A stretch of DNA of 48,217 bases from a virus: positions 1 through 48,217 of the IMG/VR virus record IMGVR_UViG_3300036859_000196, one strand, 5' to 3'. Shown here piece by piece: positions 9,489 to 17,977 of this stretch (position 1 is its first letter; the number at the start of each line of letters is the position of its first letter). Under the pieces are notes generated by a model. The model searched no databases. It was given only the letters and a program-made list of their open reading frames with translations, and had not been told where the DNA came from. The position numbers and the translations under genes were made by a program.

Positions 9489-9902
9489 ATGGCCAATCTC
9501 TCCCAGACCGCGGCAAACGTTGCAGCCGCCGCCGGCGCCAAGATCGACACCACGAAGATCGCCGGCGCCACGCTCACCGCGGGCATGCCGGTCTACATCG
9601 ACGCCGCCGACGGCAAGGCCAAGATTGCCGACAACAATGTATCGGCTGCGCTCGCCGCAGTCTACGGCATCGCCCTCAACGGCGCCTCCGATGGGCAGCC
9701 GGTGGCGATCTGCACCGAGGGCGATGTGAACCTCGGCGCCACCCTCGCGATCGGCGAGATCTATGCGCTCTCCGCCACCGCGGGCGCGATCTGCCCGGAC
9801 GCGGATGTCGTGTCCACCAATTTTGTCAGCCACCTCGGCACGGCACGAACGCCGGCGCTCATGCAGCTGAAGATCAACAATACCGGCGTCGCGCACGCCT
9901 GA
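9489..9902 (+). CDS. Hypothetical structural protein (DUF2190-like)
   Basis: AAGGAG RBS 8 nt upstream; Gly/Ala/Val-rich 137-aa pattern. Confidence 0.4.
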   Translation: MANLSQTAANVAAAAGAKIDTTKIAGATLTAGMPVYIDAADGKAKIADNNVSAALAAVYGIALNGASDGQPVAICTEGDVNLGATLAIGEIYALSATAGAICPDADVVSTNFVSHLGTARTPALMQLKINNTGVAHA

Positions 9903-9939
9903 CGTATTGACAACGTATATACGCTGAGGAGCACACGAC

Positions 9940-10347
9940 ATGGCCAGGCAGAAGGGGAGCGACGTACTCCTCAAGCTCGACACTACTGGGTCCAGCAACT
10001 ACGTCACCATCGGAGGCATTCAGAACGCGCGCATCACGCTCGACCGCGGCGACGCCGATGTCACCAACCAGGGCTCACCGTCCAAGCACCGCGAGCTTCT
10101 GGAGGCCGCGGGCATCTTTAAGATGAGCGTGTCCGGCGACGGCGTGTTCGACAGCGCCGCCCCGCAGGACACCCTGCGCTCCATCATGATGCAGGGCCTG
10201 CACCGCAACTGGCAGGTCATCGTGCCGGGCCAGGGCACCTACTCCGGCGCCTTCATGGTGACCAAGCTGGAGTTCGGCGGGCCGCACGAGAAGGAGGTCA
10301 CCATGCAGATCTCCCTCGAAAGCGCCGGGCTGATCAGCTTCGTCTGA
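9940..10347 (+). CDS. Major tail protein (TP901-1/GTA type)
   Basis: 135 aa; GAGGAG RBS; size and position typical of GTA-like major tail protein. Confidence 0.65.
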   Translation: MARQKGSDVLLKLDTTGSSNYVTIGGIQNARITLDRGDADVTNQGSPSKHRELLEAAGIFKMSVSGDGVFDSAAPQDTLRSIMMQGLHRNWQVIVPGQGTYSGAFMVTKLEFGGPHEKEVTMQISLESAGLISFV

Positions 10348-10356
10348 GGGGGAACC

Positions 10357-10710
10357 ATGGACAACGACCTGCGCGGCAGCGCCACCATCACGATCGACGG
10401 GGAGGACTATGAGGTCGGGCAGAGCATCGGCGCGCTCGCCCGCCTCGCCAAGGCCTTCGGGGTCAAGACGTTCGACGACGTGAACCGCCGCGTCAACGAG
10501 ATGAACCTTGAGGACATGCCAGTCGTGCTGCAGTGCCTGCTGCGCGGCAACGGCCATAAGGTCTCCGACGAGGCCATCGAGCGGCTGGCGCCAGGCAGCT
10601 ATTTCGCCATGCTGCGCATGCTGTACGACTCCGCGTTCCCGGCGTCCAAGCCGAACGGCGCCGCGGAGGGCGCCACTGCAAACCCTCCCCAGACATCGCT
10701 GAGTTCCTGA
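10357..10710 (+). CDS. Tail assembly chaperone-like protein
   Basis: 117 aa between major tail and tape measure genes. Confidence 0.5.
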   Translation: MDNDLRGSATITIDGEDYEVGQSIGALARLAKAFGVKTFDDVNRRVNEMNLEDMPVVLQCLLRGNGHKVSDEAIERLAPGSYFAMLRMLYDSAFPASKPNGAAEGATANPPQTSLSS

Positions 10711-10718
10711 CCGAGGCG

Positions 10719-10910
10719 ATGCAGTTCGGATTGGGCATCCTCCACCTTCCCCCCGACGCTTTCTGGCGCATGACGCTCCGCGAGTACGACGCCGCGCTCG
10801 CCGGCCATAACCGATTTCACGGCGGCGACACCAAGCCCGACATCGACGTGCCCGGCATGCGGTCCTTCATTGATGAGATGAAGGCCAAGCATCCCGACAA
10901 CCCGGCCTGA
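10719..10910 (+). CDS. Small tail assembly protein
   Basis: 63-aa ORF immediately upstream of tape measure gene. Confidence 0.4.
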   Translation: MQFGLGILHLPPDAFWRMTLREYDAALAGHNRFHGGDTKPDIDVPGMRSFIDEMKAKHPDNPA

Positions 10911-10918
10911 GCACCCCA

Positions 10919-12778
10919 ATGCCCGACGCCAATCTCAATTTCCAGATCACCGGCGACGCATCGCAGTTCCGCGCGGCGCTGAACCAGGCGCAGACGGCAA
11001 GCCGGCAGACCGCGGAGGGCATGACGACCGCCTTCACGCGCGCGACCGAGAAGGTCGCCACGTCGGTGCGCGATCTCGGCCGCGGCATAGGGGGCGTCTT
11101 CGAGCAGGTCGCCCGCAACATCGGCCAGGCCGCGACGCAGTGGGGCGATCAATGGGCGGGCACGGCGCAGGGCGCTTTCAACTCGGTGTCGTCTGCCGCG
11201 CGCGGAATGATTTCCGCCGTGGCGGGGATCTTCGGCGGCGCTACCGCGCGCATGGCGGACATCGCACTCAACCTGTTTGCGCTGCCGTTCGAGAACGCCC
11301 TGGACCACGCGTCACGCGCCGCTGCGCGGTTCCTGCGAGACATCCCATCGGCATCCACCGCAAGCGCCGGGACGGGCATGAGCTACTTCGAGGCCAACCT
11401 TGCGGTGCTGCGCCGGGCCGTCAGATCGATGATGGGTCTGTCCGGCGGCCTCGGCGACAGGCCCCAAGCGTTCGAATTTGAGCAGGCCATGGCCGGGATC
11501 AATCCCGCGGGCACTAGCCAGTCGCCAATGGAGCGAATGGACCCGCTGCGGATGACGGAACTGGGCCGGACTTTCGGCCCAGCCGTTGCCAACCTCACGG
11601 GCCAGGCGCAGTTGGAGGAGCGCGCTGCCGCAGTGGTCGGCCAGACCGCGGGCGCCATTGCGAGGGCGCGCGCCGAATTGGAGCTGTGGCGCGCGCTGTG
11701 GCTTCAGGGCGACCGGGAGCCGAACGCCGATCAGGTTGCAGCCATGGAGGCAATCCTCAACCGGATCGCCAATGCTGCCGACGCGCGCCAATCGAACCAG
11801 GACAGACAGCAAGTGCTCGCGCAGATCCGGCGCGAGATCGAGATGGAGCGTGAGCGGGCGGACGCGATCAATCTGACCGCAGGCGCTCGTGCGCGGGAAC
11901 GCTCCGAGGCCATAGTCCGCGGCTTCCGCCAAGGCCGGGGCGGCCGAGGCGCGAACCTTCTCGAAGATGACGAGGTGCAGGCTGCGCTCGCGCGCAGGGA
12001 AGCCGCCGCCGACGCCGCCGCGCACACGCGCCTTGCGGCCGAAATGGGCCAGGCGGTGCAATTTCAGACCATGGCATTCGACCGCCAGCGCCAATCGATC
12101 GGGGCCACCGCCGGCGAGATGGCGCGGCTTCTGTTCGTGGAGCAGCAGCACCAGGCGGCGATCCGTGCTGGCGTGCTTCTGTCGGATGATGAAGCAGAGG
12201 CGATCAACCGCAACGCCGAAGCAATCGCTCAAAGGACGCAGGCGCTGACGCTCGCGAACGAGCAGTTCAGGCGGTTGTTGGACACCGGCCGCGTGGTTGC
12301 GAGCAGCCTGGAGAGCGCATTCGCCAAGTTCATGGACGGCACCAAGCAGAGCTGGCGCTCGCTCGTGAACGACCTCTCCAAGGACATGGCCAAGCTCGCC
12401 TTCCGGCAGCTGTTCATCAACACCCTGTTCGGCCAGGGCGCCGGCTCGTCCAACCCGCTGGGGCTATTCGGTCAGGTGTTCGGCGGCTTCCGCGCCGAGG
12501 GCGGCTCGGTGTCGGCCGGCACGTCCTACATGGTCGGCGAGCGCGGCCCGGAACTGTTCCGCCCGCGCCAGTCCGGCACCATCGTGCCCAACAGCGCCAT
12601 GCGCGGCGGCGACCCCGCAGTCATCAACATGCGCATCGACCTCTCCGGCGCGAACGGCGACGAGACCATCGCCCGCATCTCCGGCCAAGCGGCGCGCATG
12701 GCGGCGATGGCGGCGGTGCAGGAGAGCAACGCGGCGTTCCCCGCGCGACAGCGCCGGCTGCAGATGCTGGGGACGTGA
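10919..12778 (+). CDS. Tail tape measure protein
   Basis: 619 aa, Ala/Gln-rich helical; C-terminal FRAEGGSVSAGTSYMVGERGPELFRP typical of tape measure C-terminus. Confidence 0.8.
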   Translation: MPDANLNFQITGDASQFRAALNQAQTASRQTAEGMTTAFTRATEKVATSVRDLGRGIGGVFEQVARNIGQAATQWGDQWAGTAQGAFNSVSSAARGMISAVAGIFGGATARMADIALNLFALPFENALDHASRAAARFLRDIPSASTASAGTGMSYFEANLAVLRRAVRSMMGLSGGLGDRPQAFEFEQAMAGINPAGTSQSPMERMDPLRMTELGRTFGPAVANLTGQAQLEERAAAVVGQTAGAIARARAELELWRALWLQGDREPNADQVAAMEAILNRIANAADARQSNQDRQQVLAQIRREIEMERERADAINLTAGARARERSEAIVRGFRQGRGGRGANLLEDDEVQAALARREAAADAAAHTRLAAEMGQAVQFQTMAFDRQRQSIGATAGEMARLLFVEQQHQAAIRAGVLLSDDEAEAINRNAEAIAQRTQALTLANEQFRRLLDTGRVVASSLESAFAKFMDGTKQSWRSLVNDLSKDMAKLAFRQLFINTLFGQGAGSSNPLGLFGQVFGGFRAEGGSVSAGTSYMVGERGPELFRPRQSGTIVPNSAMRGGDPAVINMRIDLSGANGDETIARISGQAARMAAMAAVQESNAAFPARQRRLQMLGT

Positions 12779-12780
12779 CA

Positions 12781-13212
12781 ATGACCGACGCGTTGCGACT
12801 GGAGCGCAAGACTTGGGTCGAAGCTCTGATGTTGATCGCCGGCGGCGCTGCCATGATCACGGCATATGCTGTCTGGGTTGCCGGTAAAATGGCCGTCACC
12901 GAGTTCGGGAAGCGCAAGATCGTTGAGCTTTTCCTGACGGAGGAGGAGCGCATTGAGCGCGAGATTGCTGAGATCGACCTCGATGTTCGGCGCAATGAGC
13001 GCTACCTGGAACGCGGGGCGGTAGATGCACATAGGGACGACGCGCGCGACATCTTGCTCGAGCGCAACGAAGGGCTTCTTGAGCGGCGTGCCGTGCTTGA
13101 TGACAAGCTCCGCGAGCTCCGTCGCGTCATGAGCGAATTTGACGATGTGCCAACCGCAGGCGAGGACGAGAAGTCCGCCCGTGTCCCCGGCGCGCACATG
13201 GTCTACCGATGA
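12781..13212 (+). CDS. Membrane-anchored coiled-coil protein, C-terminal ...VPGAHMVYR tail family
   Basis: N-terminal hydrophobic segment; stop overlaps next ATG (ATGA); shared C-terminal motif. Confidence 0.6.
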   Translation: MTDALRLERKTWVEALMLIAGGAAMITAYAVWVAGKMAVTEFGKRKIVELFLTEEERIEREIAEIDLDVRRNERYLERGAVDAHRDDARDILLERNEGLLERRAVLDDKLRELRRVMSEFDDVPTAGEDEKSARVPGAHMVYR

Positions 13213-14213
13213 ATTTCTACCCCTCGATCATCTACTGGCCGCGCATTCTGCAGCGCGACCGCCGCTGGACGTGGGAGCTGGCCGCCCGCACGCTCTCCGG
13301 TGGCCGCTCCATGTCCGGCCTGATGCCGGTCGCGCGCCTCGACGGCGGCGGCATGTGGATGGCCTCGCTCGGCGATGTCCAGGTGTCCACCCCGGACCAG
13401 GTCAGGGCGTGGCGGGCCATCGCGGCTCGGCTCGACAGCGGGGCGACGCCGATCGCCGTGGAGGCGCGGGACGAACGCCACTCGCCATGGCCGCTCGTGG
13501 GCGGCGTGCCGCTGGTCGCCGAATACGAGGCCACCAACTCGGACGGCAGCACACCGTCCGATCAGACGAACTACGTCTCCGACGTGATCCAAGCCGAGGT
13601 CAAGACGGCCGCGGCGCTCAGGGCGACAACTCTGGATCTGATCCTGGAGAACGCCCAGGCGCTTCGCGGCGGCGAATACTTCAGCATACAGCACGACACG
13701 TTCAGTCACCGGCTCTACCGCCTCGGCAAGGTGACAAAGATCGACACGAGCGACCACGCAGTCAGCGCGATGACGGTGACCATCGCCTCGCCTGGCGTGT
13801 TCACCGTGACGGCGCACGGCTTCGCGGCCAGGCAGCGGGTCTACTTCCGCACCTCCGGCGCGCTGCCGACGGGGCTGTCGCCGGAAACGCTCTACTTCGT
13901 GTTGTCCACAGATTTGTCGGCCAACACCTTCAAGGCCTCCGCGACCGAGGAAGGGACCGCGATCAACACGTCGGGCAGCCAGTCCGGCACGCACCGCGTG
14001 GTGACTGGTGGCTTCCCGACCGTGACAATCCGCCCGCCGCTGCGCGAGGACACTACCGCCGGCACGCGTGTCGAGTTCGACAACCCCACGTGTATCATGC
14101 GGCTCGCGGCGCCTGATGCCATGGATCTGGTACTCGACCGCCGCATCTACGGCCAAGCCGATGTCAAGTTCGTCGAGGACTTCCCGCCGTTCGATCTGGT
14201 GGAGGACGCATGA
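13209..14213 (+). CDS. Putative distal tail protein
   Basis: 334-aa ORF after tape measure; assignment by position only. Confidence 0.45.
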   Translation: MNFYPSIIYWPRILQRDRRWTWELAARTLSGGRSMSGLMPVARLDGGGMWMASLGDVQVSTPDQVRAWRAIAARLDSGATPIAVEARDERHSPWPLVGGVPLVAEYEATNSDGSTPSDQTNYVSDVIQAEVKTAAALRATTLDLILENAQALRGGEYFSIQHDTFSHRLYRLGKVTKIDTSDHAVSAMTVTIASPGVFTVTAHGFAARQRVYFRTSGALPTGLSPETLYFVLSTDLSANTFKASATEEGTAINTSGSQSGTHRVVTGGFPTVTIRPPLREDTTAGTRVEFDNPTCIMRLAAPDAMDLVLDRRIYGQADVKFVEDFPPFDLVEDA

Positions 14214-14818
14214 CCTCCCCCGCCTTCGACGCCGCGCTTGCATCGGGCAATCCCCGCGTCGGCATCTTCTTCCGCCTCGGCGTCATCATGGAGGACGGCG
14301 AACCGTTCCGCATGTGGCTCGGCATCGGCGATTGCGAGGCGGGCATAGATGCGGAGGACGGAGCCGGCGAGATCTATAGGGGCATGGGCGAGATGCTCAA
14401 CGTCCCCGCATTTCAACAGTTGATCAACGGCGTCGCGGAACGCGTGACGTTCACGCTGTCGGGCGTGCCGCCGCGCGCTGTCGAGCTGGCCACCGGCGAA
14501 GCCGCCGAGGTCAAGGGCGTCGCCCTCAACGTCGGCCTCGGCGTGTTCGATCAGGATTGGCAGCTTGTCGACGAGCCGGTGTGGCTGCGGCGGTACATCG
14601 TCGATTTTCTGACCGTCGCGCGCCAGCAGTCCGGCACCGAGGAGGCGGTCTATACCGTCTCGCTGTCGACGCGATCGATCTTCACGGGCCGCCGCCGGCC
14701 GGGGCTGTCGTTCTTCACCGACGAGGACCAGCAGCGCCGCTCGCCTGGGGATCGGTTCTGCGAGCACGCGCGGCGCTATGCACAGCTGGAGGCCAAGGCG
14801 TGGCCCAAGACCACCTAG
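14210..14818 (+). CDS. Putative tail hub protein (GTA gp13-like)
   Basis: 202 aa; synteny with GTA tail module. Confidence 0.4.
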   Translation: MTSPAFDAALASGNPRVGIFFRLGVIMEDGEPFRMWLGIGDCEAGIDAEDGAGEIYRGMGEMLNVPAFQQLINGVAERVTFTLSGVPPRAVELATGEAAEVKGVALNVGLGVFDQDWQLVDEPVWLRRYIVDFLTVARQQSGTEEAVYTVSLSTRSIFTGRRRPGLSFFTDEDQQRRSPGDRFCEHARRYAQLEAKAWPKTT

Positions 14819-15198
14819 CCGCGTTCCTCTCCCGCGCCGCCTCTCGCGGCTTCGTGTGGGGCGTGCACGACTGCATGCTGTTCGCGGCGGACTGGGCGCT
14901 GGCGCTCACCGGGCGCGATCCGGCGGCGGCATGGCGCGGTACCTACTGCTCCAAAGAGGAGGCCATAGTCATCATCCACGAGGCCGGCGGCATGATGCAC
15001 CTGATGCATCGCGCGCTGGGACTATGCGGTTGGGCCCCGGCCCCCGGCGACGAAGGTGATATCGCTCTCGTGCGGCGCTCGCACCACGCCGATCCGGCTG
15101 CGGCGGTTTGCGTCTCGCGGCAGCGCGTCGCCTTGTTGACACGCCGCGGCCTTGTCGTGAGCCACTGCCCGATCATGGATGCCTGGCGTCATGGCTGA
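14800..15198 (+). CDS. Phage cell-wall peptidase, NlpC/P60 family
   Basis: GTG 14800; motif RGFVWGVHDCMLFAADW with catalytic-like Cys. Confidence 0.6.
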   Translation: MAQDHLAAFLSRAASRGFVWGVHDCMLFAADWALALTGRDPAAAWRGTYCSKEEAIVIIHEAGGMMHLMHRALGLCGWAPAPGDEGDIALVRRSHHADPAAAVCVSRQRVALLTRRGLVVSHCPIMDAWRHG

Positions 15199-17386
15199 GA
15201 CCATCGGCTTCCTGATCCTGGCCGGCGCCGAGGCGGCCGGCGCCGCCGGCGCTGCGGCGGCTGGCGCTACCGTCATTCTGCCCGGCCTCACGGTGGCCAC
15301 GGCCGTGGGCACTGCGGCCATCCTCGGCGCCTCGATCGCGGTGGCGTTCGCCACCCAGCCGGAGGTGCCCAAGGCTTCGGACGGCTCGCAGCCCATCCGC
15401 CAGCCGATCCCGCCGCGTCCCTTCGGCTACGGGCGCACGCGCGTTGCCGGCGCCTACATGCTGTTCGAGGTCGACGACGCCGGGGAGAGCTGGGACGTGC
15501 TCGCCCTGCACCACGGCCGTATCGACAGCATCGTACACGTCTACCTTAACGATGACCTGGTCCAGCTCAGCCCGACCGGGTTCGTGAACGGACTCCTGAA
15601 CCTGCCCGACACCGACACGCGCTACAACCACAACGTCGGCAACCTCGTCCAACTCAAGTTCACCCTGGGGGCGGACTCCGAGACTGCGTTTGCTGATGTC
15701 GTGGCGGTCCTGCCGACGCTGTGGACCAGCAATCACCGCGGTGACGGCGTGGCCTCGCTGATGCTCCACTGCATCGACGTGAGCACAACCAATGTGCTCA
15801 AGAACTACCCTCGCGGCCTGCCGAAGCCCTCCGTGGTGGCGGACCTCTCCCCCATCTGGGACCCGCGCGACGGCGGCCAGGACCCAGACGATCCCGACAC
15901 GTGGGAGGTCTCGTCCAACCCGGTACTGCAGCTGCTCGACTATCTCACCAACGCCGACCGCGGGCCGGCGCTCGACTACGCGGCCCTGATCGAGCCGGTG
16001 ATCGACGAGTGGATGGCCGAGGCCGACATCTGCGACGAGATCGTCGACAAGGCCGACCTGTCAACCGAGCCGCGCTACAGGTCCGACGGCTGGGCGTTTC
16101 TTACCACCGACCCGGCCGAAGTGATCGGTGCCATCCTCAACGCGTGCGACGGATGGCTGGCAGAGAACGGCGACGGCACGCTCTCCCTGAAGGTCGGCCA
16201 GTACCGCGCGCCCGATGTCACCTTCACCGACGACCACATCGTCGGCTTCGCCATCGACAAGGGCGTCGCTGACGAGGAGATCGTCAACGAGGTGCAGTTC
16301 ACGTACACAGCCGCGCAGGCCAATTGGCGCGACGCGCCGGGCGTGTCGTTCCGCGACGAGGCCTCCATCTCCGAACTTGGCGTCTTGCGCTCGACGCGGC
16401 TCAGCCTCAACTGGGTGCAGAGCCATTCGCAGGGCCGCCGCCTCGCCAAGCGTGCGCTAGCCCGCCACACGGCGGCGGCGCGCGGCCAACTCATAACAAC
16501 GCTGTACGGGTTGCGGGCGCTGGGCGAGCGCTGGGTCAACGTGCGCTCGCGCCTGATCGCCGACCTCACCGACGCCGTCATCGAAATCACCAGGGTGCGC
16601 ATTGATCTTGCCAATGCCCGGCTCACCTTCGAGTGGACGCTCGTCAACCCCAACAGCGTCGATGCGTGGGACGAGGAGACCGAGGAAGGCGTCGCGCCGC
16701 ACTACTTCCCGGTGCCCACGAACGTCACTGCCGAGGACCACGGGGCCGGCAACGAGATCCGGGTGGACTTCGACGAGGTCGACCCGGCGCAGCCGTGGCT
16801 CTGGTACGCCATCGACTACCGCCTCGGCACCTCCGGGTCGTGGACGCGCGTGCTGCGCTTTGCCGAGGAAGACCTCACGACGCTCGGCGGCGGGCGCGTC
16901 CGTCTCACCACCGACGCAGTGTCTCCCGGCGCCTACTCGGTGCGCATCGCCGCCACAGGCCGGCAGCTGATCAACAGCAATCCATATTGGCGAGTGGGCG
17001 AGCCTGAGCTGGTTGAAGCCGCCACGACGGTCAACATCACCCTGTCTGGCGAGCAGACCATCGACGGCGTCGCCGTCATCGCGACCAACCGCGTGCTGGT
17101 CAAGGACCAGGCCACGCCGGCGAATAACGGCATCTACACGGTGGCAGTGGGTGCGTGGACTCGCGCCGCCGCCATGGACACCTGGGCCGAGACGGTCGGC
17201 ATCGTCGCCGACGTCGCCGCCGGCACGGTCAACGGCCGCACCAGGTGGGCCTCGACGACAAGCCCATCAGGAACGCTCGGGGTTACGGCCATCGAATTTG
17301 CTCTGATCGGGCCAGACCAGCTGGTCGATCCCGATCTGGTGTGGGCGCCCAGCGTCGACGGCTTCACCAACGTGGTCATCTCATGA
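15191..17386 (+). CDS. Host specificity / central tail fibre protein (GTA gp15-like)
   Basis: ~730 aa; C-terminal RVLVKDQATPANNGIYTV module. Confidence 0.6.
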   Translation: MAETIGFLILAGAEAAGAAGAAAAGATVILPGLTVATAVGTAAILGASIAVAFATQPEVPKASDGSQPIRQPIPPRPFGYGRTRVAGAYMLFEVDDAGESWDVLALHHGRIDSIVHVYLNDDLVQLSPTGFVNGLLNLPDTDTRYNHNVGNLVQLKFTLGADSETAFADVVAVLPTLWTSNHRGDGVASLMLHCIDVSTTNVLKNYPRGLPKPSVVADLSPIWDPRDGGQDPDDPDTWEVSSNPVLQLLDYLTNADRGPALDYAALIEPVIDEWMAEADICDEIVDKADLSTEPRYRSDGWAFLTTDPAEVIGAILNACDGWLAENGDGTLSLKVGQYRAPDVTFTDDHIVGFAIDKGVADEEIVNEVQFTYTAAQANWRDAPGVSFRDEASISELGVLRSTRLSLNWVQSHSQGRRLAKRALARHTAAARGQLITTLYGLRALGERWVNVRSRLIADLTDAVIEITRVRIDLANARLTFEWTLVNPNSVDAWDEETEEGVAPHYFPVPTNVTAEDHGAGNEIRVDFDEVDPAQPWLWYAIDYRLGTSGSWTRVLRFAEEDLTTLGGGRVRLTTDAVSPGAYSVRIAATGRQLINSNPYWRVGEPELVEAATTVNITLSGEQTIDGVAVIATNRVLVKDQATPANNGIYTVAVGAWTRAAAMDTWAETVGIVADVAAGTVNGRTRWASTTSPSGTLGVTAIEFALIGPDQLVDPDLVWAPSVDGFTNVVIS

Positions 17387-17967
17387 GCTACTTCTCCAAG
17401 CTCTTCTCCGAGATCTGGCGCGACTACGTCACGGCCGGCGTGCCCGCGTCGGGCGCGCACGATCCGGTCAAGGGGGATATCCGCAACTGGGGTGCCGTGG
17501 TGGAGGAGCACCTGTGGCAGGTGCTGGCCGCCTCGGCGGTGGCGGTCTCGCACACCGTCAGCACGACCGAGACCGCGCTCGCCACCATCCAGATCCCCGC
17601 GAACACGTTGGGGGCCAACGGCATCTTGCGCGTGACGACGCTGTGGACGATCACCAACAGCGCCAATGACAAGACATTGCGCGCGCGCCTCGCGGGCCTG
17701 GTAGGGACGGCCTACCTCGAAGTCGTGCTGACAACGCAAGCCAGTTACCGCGACCAGCGACAGATCGCCAACCGCAACGCCGCGAATTCTCAGATCGGCG
17801 GCTCGTTCTCAGCGCTGGGCGGCTTTGGGAACTCCGGAAACGCCAACGTCACTTCGGCCGTCGACACCACCGCCAACCAGGACCTCGTCATATCCGGCCA
17901 ACTCGAGACCGGTAGCGAGACGATCACGCTCGAAGCCTACCTCGTCGAAGTGTTGAAGCGCGCCTGA
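17383..17967 (+). CDS. Tail fibre protein 1
   Basis: 194 aa; N-terminal FSKLFSEIWRDYVTAGVPASGAHD shared with next gene. Confidence 0.5.
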   Translation: MSYFSKLFSEIWRDYVTAGVPASGAHDPVKGDIRNWGAVVEEHLWQVLAASAVAVSHTVSTTETALATIQIPANTLGANGILRVTTLWTITNSANDKTLRARLAGLVGTAYLEVVLTTQASYRDQRQIANRNAANSQIGGSFSALGGFGNSGNANVTSAVDTTANQDLVISGQLETGSETITLEAYLVEVLKRA

Positions 17968-17977
17968 GAAAACCGAC

